Source: Candidatus Nanohaloarchaea archaeon (GTDB lineage Archaea; Nanohalarchaeota; Nanosalinia; Nanosalinales; Nanosalinaceae). From it: a DNA stretch of 64,000 nucleotides. Made by a program: the position numbers and the translations under genes. The first letter of the stretch is position 1. The number at the start of each line of letters is the position of its first letter. The DNA lies in assembly GCA_041639695.1 (NCBI GenBank), contig JBEQBQ010000002.1, positions 869 through 64,868 on the forward strand. Direction: 5' to 3'. Under the pieces are notes generated by a model. It did not search any database. It was given only the letters and a program-made list of their open reading frames with translations, and was not told the origin of the DNA. Positions 10,222-19,996 of the stretch are shown here, piece after piece.

Positions 10222-11169
10222 ATGATTGAAGTTTGGACCGAAAAGTACAGGCCCGACACCCTTTCGGAAGTTGTTGGACAGGAAAAAATAGTTGACAGGC
10301 TTTCAGCCTTTGAGGACAGAGGATCGATCCCTCACCTAATGTTTTCCGGCCCTGCAGGCACCGGAAAAACTACATGTGCGATCGCTCTAGCAAAAGATCT
10401 GTACGGCGATACATGGAAGCAAAACTTCATGGAGACTAACGCATCGGATGAAAGAGGTATCGATGTAGTAAGAGAAAAGATCAAGGATTTCGCACGAACA
10501 AAGGCTGTTAATGCAGAATTCAAGATTATCTTCTTAGATGAGGCTGACGCGCTTACACAGGACGCACAGCAAGCTTTGAGAAGAACGATGGAACAGTTCT
10601 CAGAGAACTGCCGCTTTATTCTTTCATGCAACTACTCCTCCAAAATTATCGATCCTATCCAGTCCCGCTGCTCAGTCTTCAGATTCAACAGACTGGAAGA
10701 GGAGAAAGTCAAGGAGTACATCAAGAGAATCGCTGAAAACGAAGGATTCAAAGTCTCGGAAGAAGCTGTTAATGCGGTTCTCCGTGTTTCCGATGGCGAC
10801 CTGAGAAGAGTGACAAATGTACTTCAGACAGCTTCCATGGAGAACGAGAAGGTAGAGGAAGACGATATATACGGTGCGGCAGCATCATTAAGGCCTGAAG
10901 AGATTAATGAAGTTCTTGAGCAGGCTTTGGATGGCGAATTCATGGATGCAAGAGATCAACTGTCCGAGCTTATGATAGACAGAGGTCTTGACGGTCAGGA
11001 TGTAATTAACGCAATCCACAGAGAGGTTCTAGACCTTGATATTTCGGATAAAGGAAAGCTTCAGATTATTGACAATCTTGGGGAGTTTGAGTTCAGGATT
11101 GCGGAAGGCGGTTCAAGCGATATTCAGATCGAAGCGCTTCTAGCTAAAATCGCAGACCTCGATGAGTAG
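10222..11169 (+). CDS. rfcS: replication factor C small subunit
   Basis: MIEVWTEKYRP..., GPAGTGKTT, FLDEADALT, SRC motif (QSRCSVFRF). The ORF is open from TTG 10201; ATG 10222 fits the conserved N-terminus. Confidence 0.9.
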   Translation: MIEVWTEKYRPDTLSEVVGQEKIVDRLSAFEDRGSIPHLMFSGPAGTGKTTCAIALAKDLYGDTWKQNFMETNASDERGIDVVREKIKDFARTKAVNAEFKIIFLDEADALTQDAQQALRRTMEQFSENCRFILSCNYSSKIIDPIQSRCSVFRFNRLEEEKVKEYIKRIAENEGFKVSEEAVNAVLRVSDGDLRRVTNVLQTASMENEKVEEDDIYGAAASLRPEEINEVLEQALDGEFMDARDQLSELMIDRGLDGQDVINAIHREVLDLDISDKGKLQIIDNLGEFEFRIAEGGSSDIQIEALLAKIADLDE

Positions 11170-11178
11170 AAAAGAGCC

Positions 11179-12363
11179 ATGTGGGTAGAAAAATACAGGC
11201 CGGAAAGCCTCGACGACTATCGGGGAGCGAAGAAAGAGAAAAAGAAGCTGAAGGAGTGGGCCGAGGACTGGGAGAAAGGTGATGGCCCTGCGATGCTTCA
11301 CGGCCCTGCAGGCACAGGAAAAACCTCGCTTGTAGAAGCCTTGGCGAATGATTTAGATCTTGAACTTGTCGAGACAAATGCTTCAGATGTCAGGACGAAA
11401 AAGAAGTTGAAGAGCGAACTGAAGGAGGCAACAAGACAGCAATCATTCTTCGGCGGACAGAAACTGATCCTGATTGATGAGGTCGATGGCATGGGGTCAA
11501 CAGATAGAGGTGGAACTCAGGAGCTTAACCGGATAGTTGATGGAACAAGATTTCCGGTTGTAATGACAGCAAATGATGCCTATGATTCGAAAATCCGTTC
11601 TCTGAAGAATAAATCAGAACTAATTGAGATAGGTAAAGTACACACGAACTCGATAAATGCACACCTAAAGAAGATTCTCGAAAATGAGGATATAGAATAT
11701 GAAGACGGTGCTGTAAAACGTATCGCAAGGCAGGCAAACGGCCAGATGCGTTCAGCCATCAACGACTTAGAGGCCGCGGCCACAGGACAAGATAAAGTTA
11801 CTAAAGACGATCTAGAGGCCATAGGAGTTAGGGATAACGAGCAAGAAATCTTTGACGCTTTGAAAATGGTTTTCAAGACGGATAATGCTTCTACTGCAAA
11901 AAGAGCGACAGATAACTTGGATGAAGATGCGGATACGTTCATGCAGTGGATAAGAGAAAACGTGCCTCGAGAATATGAAAGAAAGGAAGATGTTTCTAAT
12001 GCTTATAACTGGGTTTCGAAGGCTGACCTGTTTAATGGGAGAATTCATAAGCATCAGAACTGGAAACTGTTGAAATATGTTTATCTTTACTCGACAGTCG
12101 GCGTAGCTCTTTCGAAGCGTCAGAAATACAAGGGATGGACTAAGTATCAGTATCCTTCGAAGATCCGTAAAATGGGGAGTTCAAAGGCCGCTAGAAACCA
12201 GATGAATTCAGTCTCAAAGAAGATTGGTGAAAAGCTTCATATCTCGATGAGGGAGTCAAAGTCGACGATACCGTTTTTGGCCAAGTTGGTTGAGCATGAG
12301 CCTGAAGTTATAGAACAGCTTGAACTTGACGAGGATGATGTCGAGTTCATCAAAGAATTTTAG
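11179..12363 (+). CDS. rfcL: replication factor C large subunit
   Basis: MWVEKYRPESL, GPAGTGKTS, LIDEVDGM; lies immediately after rfcS. Confidence 0.85.
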   Translation: MWVEKYRPESLDDYRGAKKEKKKLKEWAEDWEKGDGPAMLHGPAGTGKTSLVEALANDLDLELVETNASDVRTKKKLKSELKEATRQQSFFGGQKLILIDEVDGMGSTDRGGTQELNRIVDGTRFPVVMTANDAYDSKIRSLKNKSELIEIGKVHTNSINAHLKKILENEDIEYEDGAVKRIARQANGQMRSAINDLEAAATGQDKVTKDDLEAIGVRDNEQEIFDALKMVFKTDNASTAKRATDNLDEDADTFMQWIRENVPREYERKEDVSNAYNWVSKADLFNGRIHKHQNWKLLKYVYLYSTVGVALSKRQKYKGWTKYQYPSKIRKMGSSKAARNQMNSVSKKIGEKLHISMRESKSTIPFLAKLVEHEPEVIEQLELDEDDVEFIKEF

Positions 12364-12674
12364 CCTATACACGTCATTTCTAAGCGTTTATCAACTTTGA
12401 ACATAGTGACGTTATAGCAGCTCTTCTCGTCCCAGTATTCTACTGTTGTGCTGTAGGACTCGAAGAACTCGACAGCTTTTCTAAAGTTTTTCCTTGCCTT
12501 AGGAGAGGTACCTGCTTTAGCTGCCTCAGTTTTAACCGATGAAACTACGTATGCCGTATCATCAACACTGTACTGTTGCTTATTTACTTCTGTGATGGTT
12601 GATGCAACACCAATAACCACTAGACCTATGACAATTGAGGAAATAAGCATAAACTGGCCTTTCATCTTTTCCAC
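12360..12674 (-). CDS. prepilin-like protein (class III signal peptide)
   Basis: N-terminus MEKMKG|QFMLISSIVIGLVVIGVA, i.e. KGQ followed by a hydrophobic helix; last gene of the pilus operon. Confidence 0.65.
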   Translation of the reverse strand: MEKMKGQFMLISSIVIGLVVIGVASTITEVNKQQYSVDDTAYVVSSVKTEAAKAGTSPKARKNFRKAVEFFESYSTTVEYWDEKSCYNVTMFKVDKRLEMTCIG

Positions 12675-14440
12675 CTCAGAGAGGCCTTGTAAGGTATATA
12701 GGTCGTGCCTGAGGTACCTCCCACTACTTTGGTTCCAATTGAAGAGGATAGTTCAGGTCCGAACTGTTTATTATCGCCCTCAAGCCAGTAAATTAGCGAA
12801 GAGATAAGTTTATAATCGGTCTTACTGTAATCCTGATAGTCTAATCTAACAATCTGTCCGTTTTGATCTTCTAAACTGGATCTGTAGTTCACGAGCTCTG
12901 CTCGGCCATCGCCCATGAAGTCAAAGATCGCCACATCCCCGTCCTCTAGACTTTCCGTATCAGGGTAGAAAGCTCTATAACTCTTGTTCTCCACTACAAG
13001 AGTCTCGCCGTTGAGGTAAGGGCCTTCTCTTTCATCTCCGTAATTTCCATCTCTGTCAAAGTCAATACTTAAAGCTCTAGCGTCCTCGCTGGCACAGACT
13101 GAAGGCGAGCTCCCCATTTCAGTATTTATAACATTATAGCTTACTGTTCCGGGTTGTTGGTGGAGAGGAAACTCAAATGTTCCTTTCGTGAATGCTTCTG
13201 GGTTACCGCTGTAACAAGCTGATTCTGGGTGGCCTGGATGGTTTGCGGGGTTTGCTGGTTGCATGTTCCAGTTTGTAGCGTTCCATTCATCTGTGTCGTA
13301 TATTTTGTCGCTAGATTTGAGTAGCTGTCTTTGGTCGAAAACCGTCTGTGAGTTGGATGAAACTACTTTGCCGCCGGTACCGATTGAAATATCACTTGTT
13401 TTGCCGTTAACTCCGTTGAAGTAGGTCTCTATCTTTTCAGAGTTTCTCGAACCGGTAAAGACGGCAGAGTTTACGTTTTTCTCTTTAGTCATATCTGCCC
13501 ATTTCAATCCTGAATCATCTAGGAAACCTGAATTGAGTTCGGAGCGGTCGATATCCATTAAAAGTACTATGTGACCTCCATTCTGTAAGTATTCCTTTAG
13601 TTTATTCCTGTACATGTTAAGATAGTCTTCTGATTCTCTGCTGAAAACCAGAACGTCGTAGATGCTTAGATCAGTGTTTAGTTTGGTTGTATCCAATTTT
13701 TGAGCTGTTTTGATTCCATTAACGTCGTTATCTAGTATTTTCTTAAGGTCTGCAGCTATATCTGCCCGATGAAGCGTCATCTGGTTTTGGCCTAGCTTCT
13801 TTATGTCGAAGGATCGATTGGTGGAGCCTGTCCATTTGAACATTTCGTCTAGATAGTAAGGGCCTTCCGAATCTGAGAACTGGCATGTAGATCTGTTGTC
13901 GATCCAGAGACTGTCATAATCCAAAGTTGTGTCAAAACCTCCGGTAACGTCCGGATCCGTATCAGCCACATATATCCTTTCTCCATACTTTCCTGAGTTT
14001 TCTTGTACTGTTCTCAGTATAGTTTCATCTGTTTCAATCTCTTCGAGGTCGCCGGAACACTGGTCGCCAGGTTCAACTTCCTCAAGATCAAAGTTCTGAG
14101 ATCCCGGAACGTTTGAACTAGTGTTAAAGCCTATGGTTGATTCTTTTATTGGAAGATTTTCTATTGTTCCTGCAACGCTCAATTGGTCGGAGCTTAGTTC
14201 CTTTGCAGCGTACTGGAGCGATGCTGTGTCGTCACGTTTCATGAAGCTTTGCATGTCGCCGGTGATTTTCAGTGTCTGTCCGAGGTCATTAGCCGTAGTT
14301 TCAATCTGGAAGTTCGACCAGTCCTGTGCTGGGGCCGGGGCAGTATTTCCGAGGGCGAAGATGAATAGGGTGATTATCGCTATCATAGCCTCAATAATAT
14401 GGCCTACACCTTTACGCTTCTTTCCTATCACCAGGTCCAC
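12662..14440 (-). CDS. large prepilin-like / adhesin-like protein
   Basis: 592 aa. KKRKGVG|HIIEAMIAIITLFIFALG N-terminus; Ca-binding-like DFDRDGNYGD and FDFMGDGRAE motifs near the C-terminus. Confidence 0.6.
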   Translation of the reverse strand: MDLVIGKKRKGVGHIIEAMIAIITLFIFALGNTAPAPAQDWSNFQIETTANDLGQTLKITGDMQSFMKRDDTASLQYAAKELSSDQLSVAGTIENLPIKESTIGFNTSSNVPGSQNFDLEEVEPGDQCSGDLEEIETDETILRTVQENSGKYGERIYVADTDPDVTGGFDTTLDYDSLWIDNRSTCQFSDSEGPYYLDEMFKWTGSTNRSFDIKKLGQNQMTLHRADIAADLKKILDNDVNGIKTAQKLDTTKLNTDLSIYDVLVFSRESEDYLNMYRNKLKEYLQNGGHIVLLMDIDRSELNSGFLDDSGLKWADMTKEKNVNSAVFTGSRNSEKIETYFNGVNGKTSDISIGTGGKVVSSNSQTVFDQRQLLKSSDKIYDTDEWNATNWNMQPANPANHPGHPESACYSGNPEAFTKGTFEFPLHQQPGTVSYNVINTEMGSSPSVCASEDARALSIDFDRDGNYGDEREGPYLNGETLVVENKSYRAFYPDTESLEDGDVAIFDFMGDGRAELVNYRSSLEDQNGQIVRLDYQDYSKTDYKLISSLIYWLEGDNKQFGPELSSSIGTKVVGGTSGTTYIPYKASLRWKR

Positions 14441-15264
14441 ACCTCTATTCTTATCGGTTCTTCTTCAAGGGATGCAAATCTCTGGAGCTTTACAACTGTG
14501 GAGCTTGTGTCGATTCGGGCGCCAAATGTTTTTAGATGATCTTTAAGAAGAACAAGTGATCCTTGGTTCTCGGCCCGGTTCTGAAAGCTTTCTACAATAT
14601 AACCTGTGCTGTAGATTTCCTGTCCTCTTTCAAATCTTCCTGCGGTATTAAAATCCCAGTTACCAATACTCACATATATGGCGTTATAGGCGCCGTCATG
14701 AGAGGTTACTAGGAAGTTGTAGTTGGTTCCTTCTAGGTCTGCTGAACCGTATTGAACTGTATTGTCGGCGTTAGAGTATACTGGTTGGTTTGGTTCATCT
14801 ATATTGGGGCTTGAGGGGGGATCGCCTCTAGTAAAACTTTTGTTTGTGTCGATCGTAGGTCTCCACGTGAATTTGAATCTGAACTGGTTCGTTATACCCA
14901 TTAAATCTCGGAATTTGGAGTAATTAAGCCTTTTATCGGTGAAGTTAACTGAGGATAATCTTCTGATCTTCTCCCTTTCTAACTCGAGGAAGTCTTTAGC
15001 GAGCCCAAAGCTTTCTATGTTTCTTATAGTGTTCTGATTTTTCTGCCAGTCTGCCCCACCTGATCCGAACGTGTGACTTCCCGGAGCTGAAAGCATTACA
15101 TCTGTAACGCTTTTTGCTTCGAGGTTGAGACTTGATTTGTCTGCTTGATCGCTGTAAGAAGGTAGAAGATTTGATGCTGAGGTCATTAGAACCCCTACGG
15201 CAAGGATGTAAAGTAGTGCGGAAGCCAGAAATTCTATGTTTATCTGACCTTTCATCTTAGACAC
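14428..15264 (-). CDS. prepilin-like protein (class III signal peptide)
   Basis: MSKMKG|QINIEFLASALLYILAVGVLM; overlaps both neighbours. Confidence 0.65.
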   Translation of the reverse strand: MSKMKGQINIEFLASALLYILAVGVLMTSASNLLPSYSDQADKSSLNLEAKSVTDVMLSAPGSHTFGSGGADWQKNQNTIRNIESFGLAKDFLELEREKIRRLSSVNFTDKRLNYSKFRDLMGITNQFRFKFTWRPTIDTNKSFTRGDPPSSPNIDEPNQPVYSNADNTVQYGSADLEGTNYNFLVTSHDGAYNAIYVSIGNWDFNTAGRFERGQEIYSTGYIVESFQNRAENQGSLVLLKDHLKTFGARIDTSSTVVKLQRFASLEEEPIRIEVWTW

Positions 15265-16279
15265 CCGATAGACCTACCATGTACATGAAGACCAGGAATG
15301 CTATAGGCATCATGACTAGGGCGTGTTTCACGCCAGCTGAAGGGCTGCCTTCACCGATTTGCCCGGCTACAGCTCCTGTACAGATTCCTTGGACCATTAG
15401 CATGGAGAAAAGTAGGGACTTGTAGTATGCCATAGCGCCGTATTTGAATTTTTGAGCTGTCTGATTGGTGAAGGACTCAAGTCCGCTAGGGATAAAACCG
15501 AATATTCTTGCCAGTTCGCATAGAGGTTGGGCGAAGGGGATACTTCCGTCACAGTAGTTGGGGGACCCTCCTGAGCCTCCCAGGAATTCAGTGTTTTGGA
15601 GTGCTCCGGCACCAGGATCACCTAGTCCTAGGAGTTGTGAAAGCATGTAGTAGATTCCTACCGTGATTCCGATGAACAAGAAGTAGATAACGTACATTAT
15701 GAAGATCTGCTGCTTGATTTTCGAGTTTTTTTCCTGTATAACTTCCTTGAGCTGGGCTGAGTCTTCAGCGATGGATTCGATAGTTTTTGTGATGTTTCCT
15801 CCGCTTCGAAAGCTCTGTAAAAGGATAGAAACTGACTCCTGTATAACTGCTGATTCGTCCATTCTTTTGGAAAAACGTTCCATCACTTCTGGGAATGGGA
15901 TACCCCATGTAAGTTCGTTATGTATCTGTTCAATCTCCTTGTTGAGTCTTCCGTAATCTGTTTCTTTGGCTGATTCAAAGGACTGTATAATCGTCATACC
16001 GCCTCTCTTCGATTCTGCTAGGTCTTTGAGGAATGAAGGGAATTGATCTTCTACTTCTCTAATAGCACGGTTCTTGAGGAATGAAATTATTCCATATGGT
16101 AGAATTGATACTATTAGCCCTAGGATCAGTATAGAGCCGCCCATCTGCTGAAGTCCAGATACGTAAGAAAGAATGCCTATTAATATAAGGAAGGCTCCTG
16201 CACTTATTGCACTGAGAATTATTTTGTCTTCGGTTGAACGTCCTTTCTGGAGCTTTTCCTCTTTGAAGAATTCGAACAT
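15257..16279 (-). CDS. type IV pilus platform protein, single T2SSF domain (TadC/FlaJ-like half)
   Basis: 340 aa. One cytoplasmic T2SSF-like helical domain (FPSFLKDLAESKRGGMTIIQSFE...SGGNITKTIESIA) flanked by TM helices. Confidence 0.75.
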   Translation of the reverse strand: MFEFFKEEKLQKGRSTEDKIILSAISAGAFLILIGILSYVSGLQQMGGSILILGLIVSILPYGIISFLKNRAIREVEDQFPSFLKDLAESKRGGMTIIQSFESAKETDYGRLNKEIEQIHNELTWGIPFPEVMERFSKRMDESAVIQESVSILLQSFRSGGNITKTIESIAEDSAQLKEVIQEKNSKIKQQIFIMYVIYFLFIGITVGIYYMLSQLLGLGDPGAGALQNTEFLGGSGGSPNYCDGSIPFAQPLCELARIFGFIPSGLESFTNQTAQKFKYGAMAYYKSLLFSMLMVQGICTGAVAGQIGEGSPSAGVKHALVMMPIAFLVFMYMVGLSGV

Positions 16280-16283
16280 GGTA

Positions 16284-17156
16284 TCACCTGATACCTCCTG
16301 GAGCCATTCCCTTGACCATTAGAATAAACATGCCTGAGATCAGAGGAAGCCCGACAAATATGGCAGCCATCTGGATTAGGACGATCTTGGATCCTCCGAT
16401 ATTTGTGAATGAACTCATCACGACGCTCATCGAGGTAAATACAATTGAACCAACAATAACGACAGTAATATACATTTCAACCACAAGAGAAAGCTGCTCG
16501 GCGAAGGATTCTACCCTACGCTGGTAATCGTTCATTAGGGTTTTTGAACGCTCCTGTAGGAAAGCTCTTAGAGATCCTCCGGAAGTAAGAGCGTGATTTA
16601 TTCCCCAAAGTAGTTCCTCAAAGTCTTTGCTCGGAGTTCTTTCCGCTGCTCTTTCCAGTGCCTCCGAAACATCCATTCCAAAGTTGTCTATATCTCTGCT
16701 TATTTTTTCAGCTTCTTTTGATACTTCTCCATACTCTGTTGTAGAGGAGAGGATTTTGAACAGCTCGGATATGTCTGTTCCTGTGCCTGCAAGCGTTGAC
16801 ATGTACATGGTTGCGAATGGGAGTGTGTCTCTGATCTTTGATGCCCTCTGTTTCTTCAACACCGAAGGATATAGATAGAAGAAGAGCAGGCTGCCTGCTG
16901 AAACCAGAATTGAAATAATCAAGCCAATAATTATGCCTGAAGGCCCTGAAATAAGGGTAAGCGGGATTCCCAGTACGAAAAGGCTAAAGATAAAGCTCAT
17001 GATGGTTGAGAAAAACATCATGCTCAAGTATTCTGGCAGCGATATCTCTATATTCGCCTTGGCCAGTTGAGGCCTTAGTTCCTCGAACGTCTCAACATAG
17101 TCCAGAGTATATGTACCTATCTGGTCATAGCAGAAGTTTGCGTACTTCTCTAGCAT
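16284..17156 (-). CDS. type IV pilus platform protein, single T2SSF domain (TadB/FlaJ-like half)
   Basis: 290 aa. LPFATMYMSTLAGTGTDISELFK...SGGSLRAFLQERS with flanking TM helices. Confidence 0.75.
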   Translation of the reverse strand: MLEKYANFCYDQIGTYTLDYVETFEELRPQLAKANIEISLPEYLSMMFFSTIMSFIFSLFVLGIPLTLISGPSGIIIGLIISILVSAGSLLFFYLYPSVLKKQRASKIRDTLPFATMYMSTLAGTGTDISELFKILSSTTEYGEVSKEAEKISRDIDNFGMDVSEALERAAERTPSKDFEELLWGINHALTSGGSLRAFLQERSKTLMNDYQRRVESFAEQLSLVVEMYITVVIVGSIVFTSMSVVMSSFTNIGGSKIVLIQMAAIFVGLPLISGMFILMVKGMAPGGIR

Positions 17157-18865
17157 CAGTCTCCAATTCCTATTTCGGTATGCTCGGAATTTAAGCTTTC
17201 CCCGACTTCTTCTAGAATAGACTCTGGATCGGAGTAGTAACGTGAAATAATATCTCCGACCTTACGGTAATGCTTTTTCTGCTCTTTCTGCATCCAATTA
17301 AGAACGTGTTGTCTTCTTTGCAGCTCTTCTTGAATTTTTTGTTCGTCTCCTCCTGTTTCCTCGACGATTTCCTCTAGTAGAAGAGAGTTATTTTCTATCT
17401 TATAGGTATCATTTTTTGAATCCCATCCGAATACTTTGTTGGCATCTATACCAGTTCTCTTGTTGTATTCCTCAACCTCGTAGATTCCGGTAATCCTTCT
17501 GATGTACTTATTCCCTCTTCTGATTCTCTTAATCAGCATTATTGCGTCTAGAGTCTCGATTAGTGAAGGTGACAGGTTAATCGGGTTAGTTGTCAGACGG
17601 TCCATAAGCATGTCAAGGGAGTCTGCGTGGATCGTGCTGAGGCCTGTGTGTCCTGTTGCCATCTGCTGGAACAGAATGTATGCCTCTTCACCACGGACCT
17701 CGCCAACGATAATATATTCCGGTCTCTGACGAAGAGACTCCTTCAATAGATCATCCATGGATACCTCTCCGCCCTCTTCAACGCTTGAACCGAAGCCCGA
17801 ACGTGCTACCTCCGGAACCCAGTGGTCGTGTGGGAGCCTTAGCTCGGGGGTGTCCTCGATAGACACGATTTTCTTCTCAGGCCGGATGAAAAGGGAGAGA
17901 GCGTTGAGCTGAGAGGTTTTCCCTGCACCCGTTGTTCCACACACAAGAACAGACTTTTCGTGCTCGATCAAGGTCCACAGGTAGGAGAGCATTCTAGCGT
18001 TTTCGGTCTCGAAGTCCATCATGTGGATAGGAGTTAATGGATCCTCTGTGAACCTTCTGATCGTGAAGTTCGAACCTTTTCTGGCAATATCGGTTGCAAG
18101 AGTGGCCTGGACACGTGAACCATCAGGCAGAGAACCGTCGAGTAATGGCTGGGAAACAGAGATAGACCTGCCGCATCTCTGTGCAAGCTTCATGACGAAT
18201 GAGTCGAGTTTATCGGTATCTTCCCAGACGATATCGGTCTTGACAGATCCAAACTTAGGGTTTCTGTGGTATGCGTATACAGGAATATTGGTTCCGTCAC
18301 AGGAAATATCCTCTACTTCTGTATCGTTCATGAGAGGTTGAAGTTTTCCTAGGCCTGCGAAGTCTCTTTTCGCATAGTATCTGATAACTTCTCTCTGTTT
18401 ATCGCTTAATGATATTTCGTATTTATCAACGATCTGGTTCATCCGTTCCTCAAGGTATTCCTCTGCTTCTTCTGTTTCTAAGTCGGTGAAATCAAGGTCG
18501 AAGCTTCTTTCAAGTATTTCTTTTATTTTTCCTAGAATTCTCTCGGTTTCAGGGGTTAACTCAGGCTCTATAACTCTATAAATCAGCTCTCCGGCATCGT
18601 CATCCCAAGTGATATGTGCCCATGCATAGACCATTTCGCCCTCATCAGGATCTTCAGGTACTAGAGGGTAAGTAATATTCACATCGGAAAGACCTTCTTC
18701 CGTACCCTCTTCGTCCTCTTCCATAGATTCCCTGAATCTGCCTGGGGTAGGGACCTCTATCCCTCTGCTTGGTCCTGTGTCCTCTTCTTCTTCCTCGTCC
18801 TCGAACATCTCAGGGTGTTTAATCTTCCTGAGCTTCTCCGCCAGGCTGAGGAACTTGTAGCTCAT
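17156..18865 (-). CDS. type II/IV secretion-family ATPase (archaeal pilus assembly ATPase, FlaI/PilB/TadA-like)
   Basis: 569 aa. Walker A GTTGAGKTS, Walker B/Asp box PEYIIVGEVRGEEA, His box GHTGLSTIHA. Confidence 0.85.
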   Translation of the reverse strand: MSYKFLSLAEKLRKIKHPEMFEDEEEEEDTGPSRGIEVPTPGRFRESMEEDEEGTEEGLSDVNITYPLVPEDPDEGEMVYAWAHITWDDDAGELIYRVIEPELTPETERILGKIKEILERSFDLDFTDLETEEAEEYLEERMNQIVDKYEISLSDKQREVIRYYAKRDFAGLGKLQPLMNDTEVEDISCDGTNIPVYAYHRNPKFGSVKTDIVWEDTDKLDSFVMKLAQRCGRSISVSQPLLDGSLPDGSRVQATLATDIARKGSNFTIRRFTEDPLTPIHMMDFETENARMLSYLWTLIEHEKSVLVCGTTGAGKTSQLNALSLFIRPEKKIVSIEDTPELRLPHDHWVPEVARSGFGSSVEEGGEVSMDDLLKESLRQRPEYIIVGEVRGEEAYILFQQMATGHTGLSTIHADSLDMLMDRLTTNPINLSPSLIETLDAIMLIKRIRRGNKYIRRITGIYEVEEYNKRTGIDANKVFGWDSKNDTYKIENNSLLLEEIVEETGGDEQKIQEELQRRQHVLNWMQKEQKKHYRKVGDIISRYYSDPESILEEVGESLNSEHTEIGIGD

Positions 18866-19206
18866 TAGTTAGGCCTCAAAGAAATTTGGTTTCCCCTTTT
18901 GAAGATTTTTACGTTTCCGCCTGCGGAAGAGCCATCGAGGTTGTACATAGCGTCTAAGCTCTCTATACCTATCGAATAATTTCTGAAATTGGTAAAGATA
19001 TAGAGTTGATCATCTATTCCTATTCTGTAAGTGCTTCCTGCGATAGTTTCAGGAAGTTCAACTGTTTTAGATCCGTTAGTGTTTTGTAAACTTATCATGG
19101 TTCTCTTTACGTTATTTGCGATATTGATGGATTGTTTTTCTCTTGTTGTGTCGTAGGCGTCTTCCTTGTATTGATTTATTAGTGTAATACTTCCAACTGC
19201 TATCAT
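18865..19206 (-). CDS. prepilin-like protein; the ATG-defined ORF lacks its signal peptide, and the true start is probably at ATA 19263 or ATT 19260
   Basis: In-frame sequence between the upstream TGA (19267-19269) and ATG 19206 encodes E-I-I-KGQYLAVESVLTFGLGV, a complete class III signal motif. Confidence 0.55.
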   Translation of the reverse strand: MIAVGSITLINQYKEDAYDTTREKQSINIANNVKRTMISLQNTNGSKTVELPETIAGSTYRIGIDDQLYIFTNFRNYSIGIESLDAMYNLDGSSAGGNVKIFKRGNQISLRPN

Positions 19207-19266
19207 AACTCCGAGTCCGAACGTTAGGACCGACTCGACCGCCAGGTATTGTCCTTTAATTATCTC

Positions 19267-19941
19267 TCACCTGAAGCTAATCCTGACGTTAGTGTTTTTA
19301 CGTCTCAGCTTCTCTCCGGAAGGTAGTTCGACTCTCTCATCTCCCTCTTCCCAGACGGTTCCCTGGTTCGAAATCCTCAAAGTAACTTCTCCAGCGGAAA
19401 AGCTTTGTCCCTGTGACGTTATGTTTACTCTTTCCAGTATTGTTGATGTAGTCGTTTCAGCTCTCAAATTCCTGAATTCAATTCTGTACTCCATCACCGC
19501 ACTTCCAGGCCCTCCAGCAGGTTTAACTCCTATAACGCCAAGTTTCTCACTTCCCTTGAGTCCGAAAGGTCCTGAACCGAAGCTTAATGCCTGAAGGCTT
19601 TTACCCTCAAGTAAAGTCCAGGTATCAAGTGCGTAAGGCGGGTTTTCAGCATTTGTTGTTATCTGGATGAAGTTTTCTGTTTCATTAACGGAGATTCTGA
19701 AGTTCCGGGAGTTGGAGATGGACTCTCCGATTGTTAGTACTTCTGCGGTCCCTGTTCCTTCGTTACTTACTCTGTTGATCTCTCTGTATAAATCTACTAT
19801 CTCGTTTTCTATGTTGTTGAGTTCTGATTCGCTCTGCGATTTCTCTAGAATCGGTGTTCCCCAGACATATGCGGAGGCAACTGAACCTATCACCACGGAT
19901 GTTATCAGGACTGCAGTTACTGCCTGAGTCTGTCCCTTCAT
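19267..19941 (-). CDS. prepilin-like protein (class III signal peptide)
   Basis: MKG|QTQAVTAVLITSVVIGSVASAYVWG. Confidence 0.65.
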   Translation of the reverse strand: MKGQTQAVTAVLITSVVIGSVASAYVWGTPILEKSQSESELNNIENEIVDLYREINRVSNEGTGTAEVLTIGESISNSRNFRISVNETENFIQITTNAENPPYALDTWTLLEGKSLQALSFGSGPFGLKGSEKLGVIGVKPAGGPGSAVMEYRIEFRNLRAETTTSTILERVNITSQGQSFSAGEVTLRISNQGTVWEEGDERVELPSGEKLRRKNTNVRISFR

Positions 19942-19996
19942 AACTTACTATGCTGAGAACTTAGAATATAAAGGAAATGGAAAAGAGAGAACCTGG

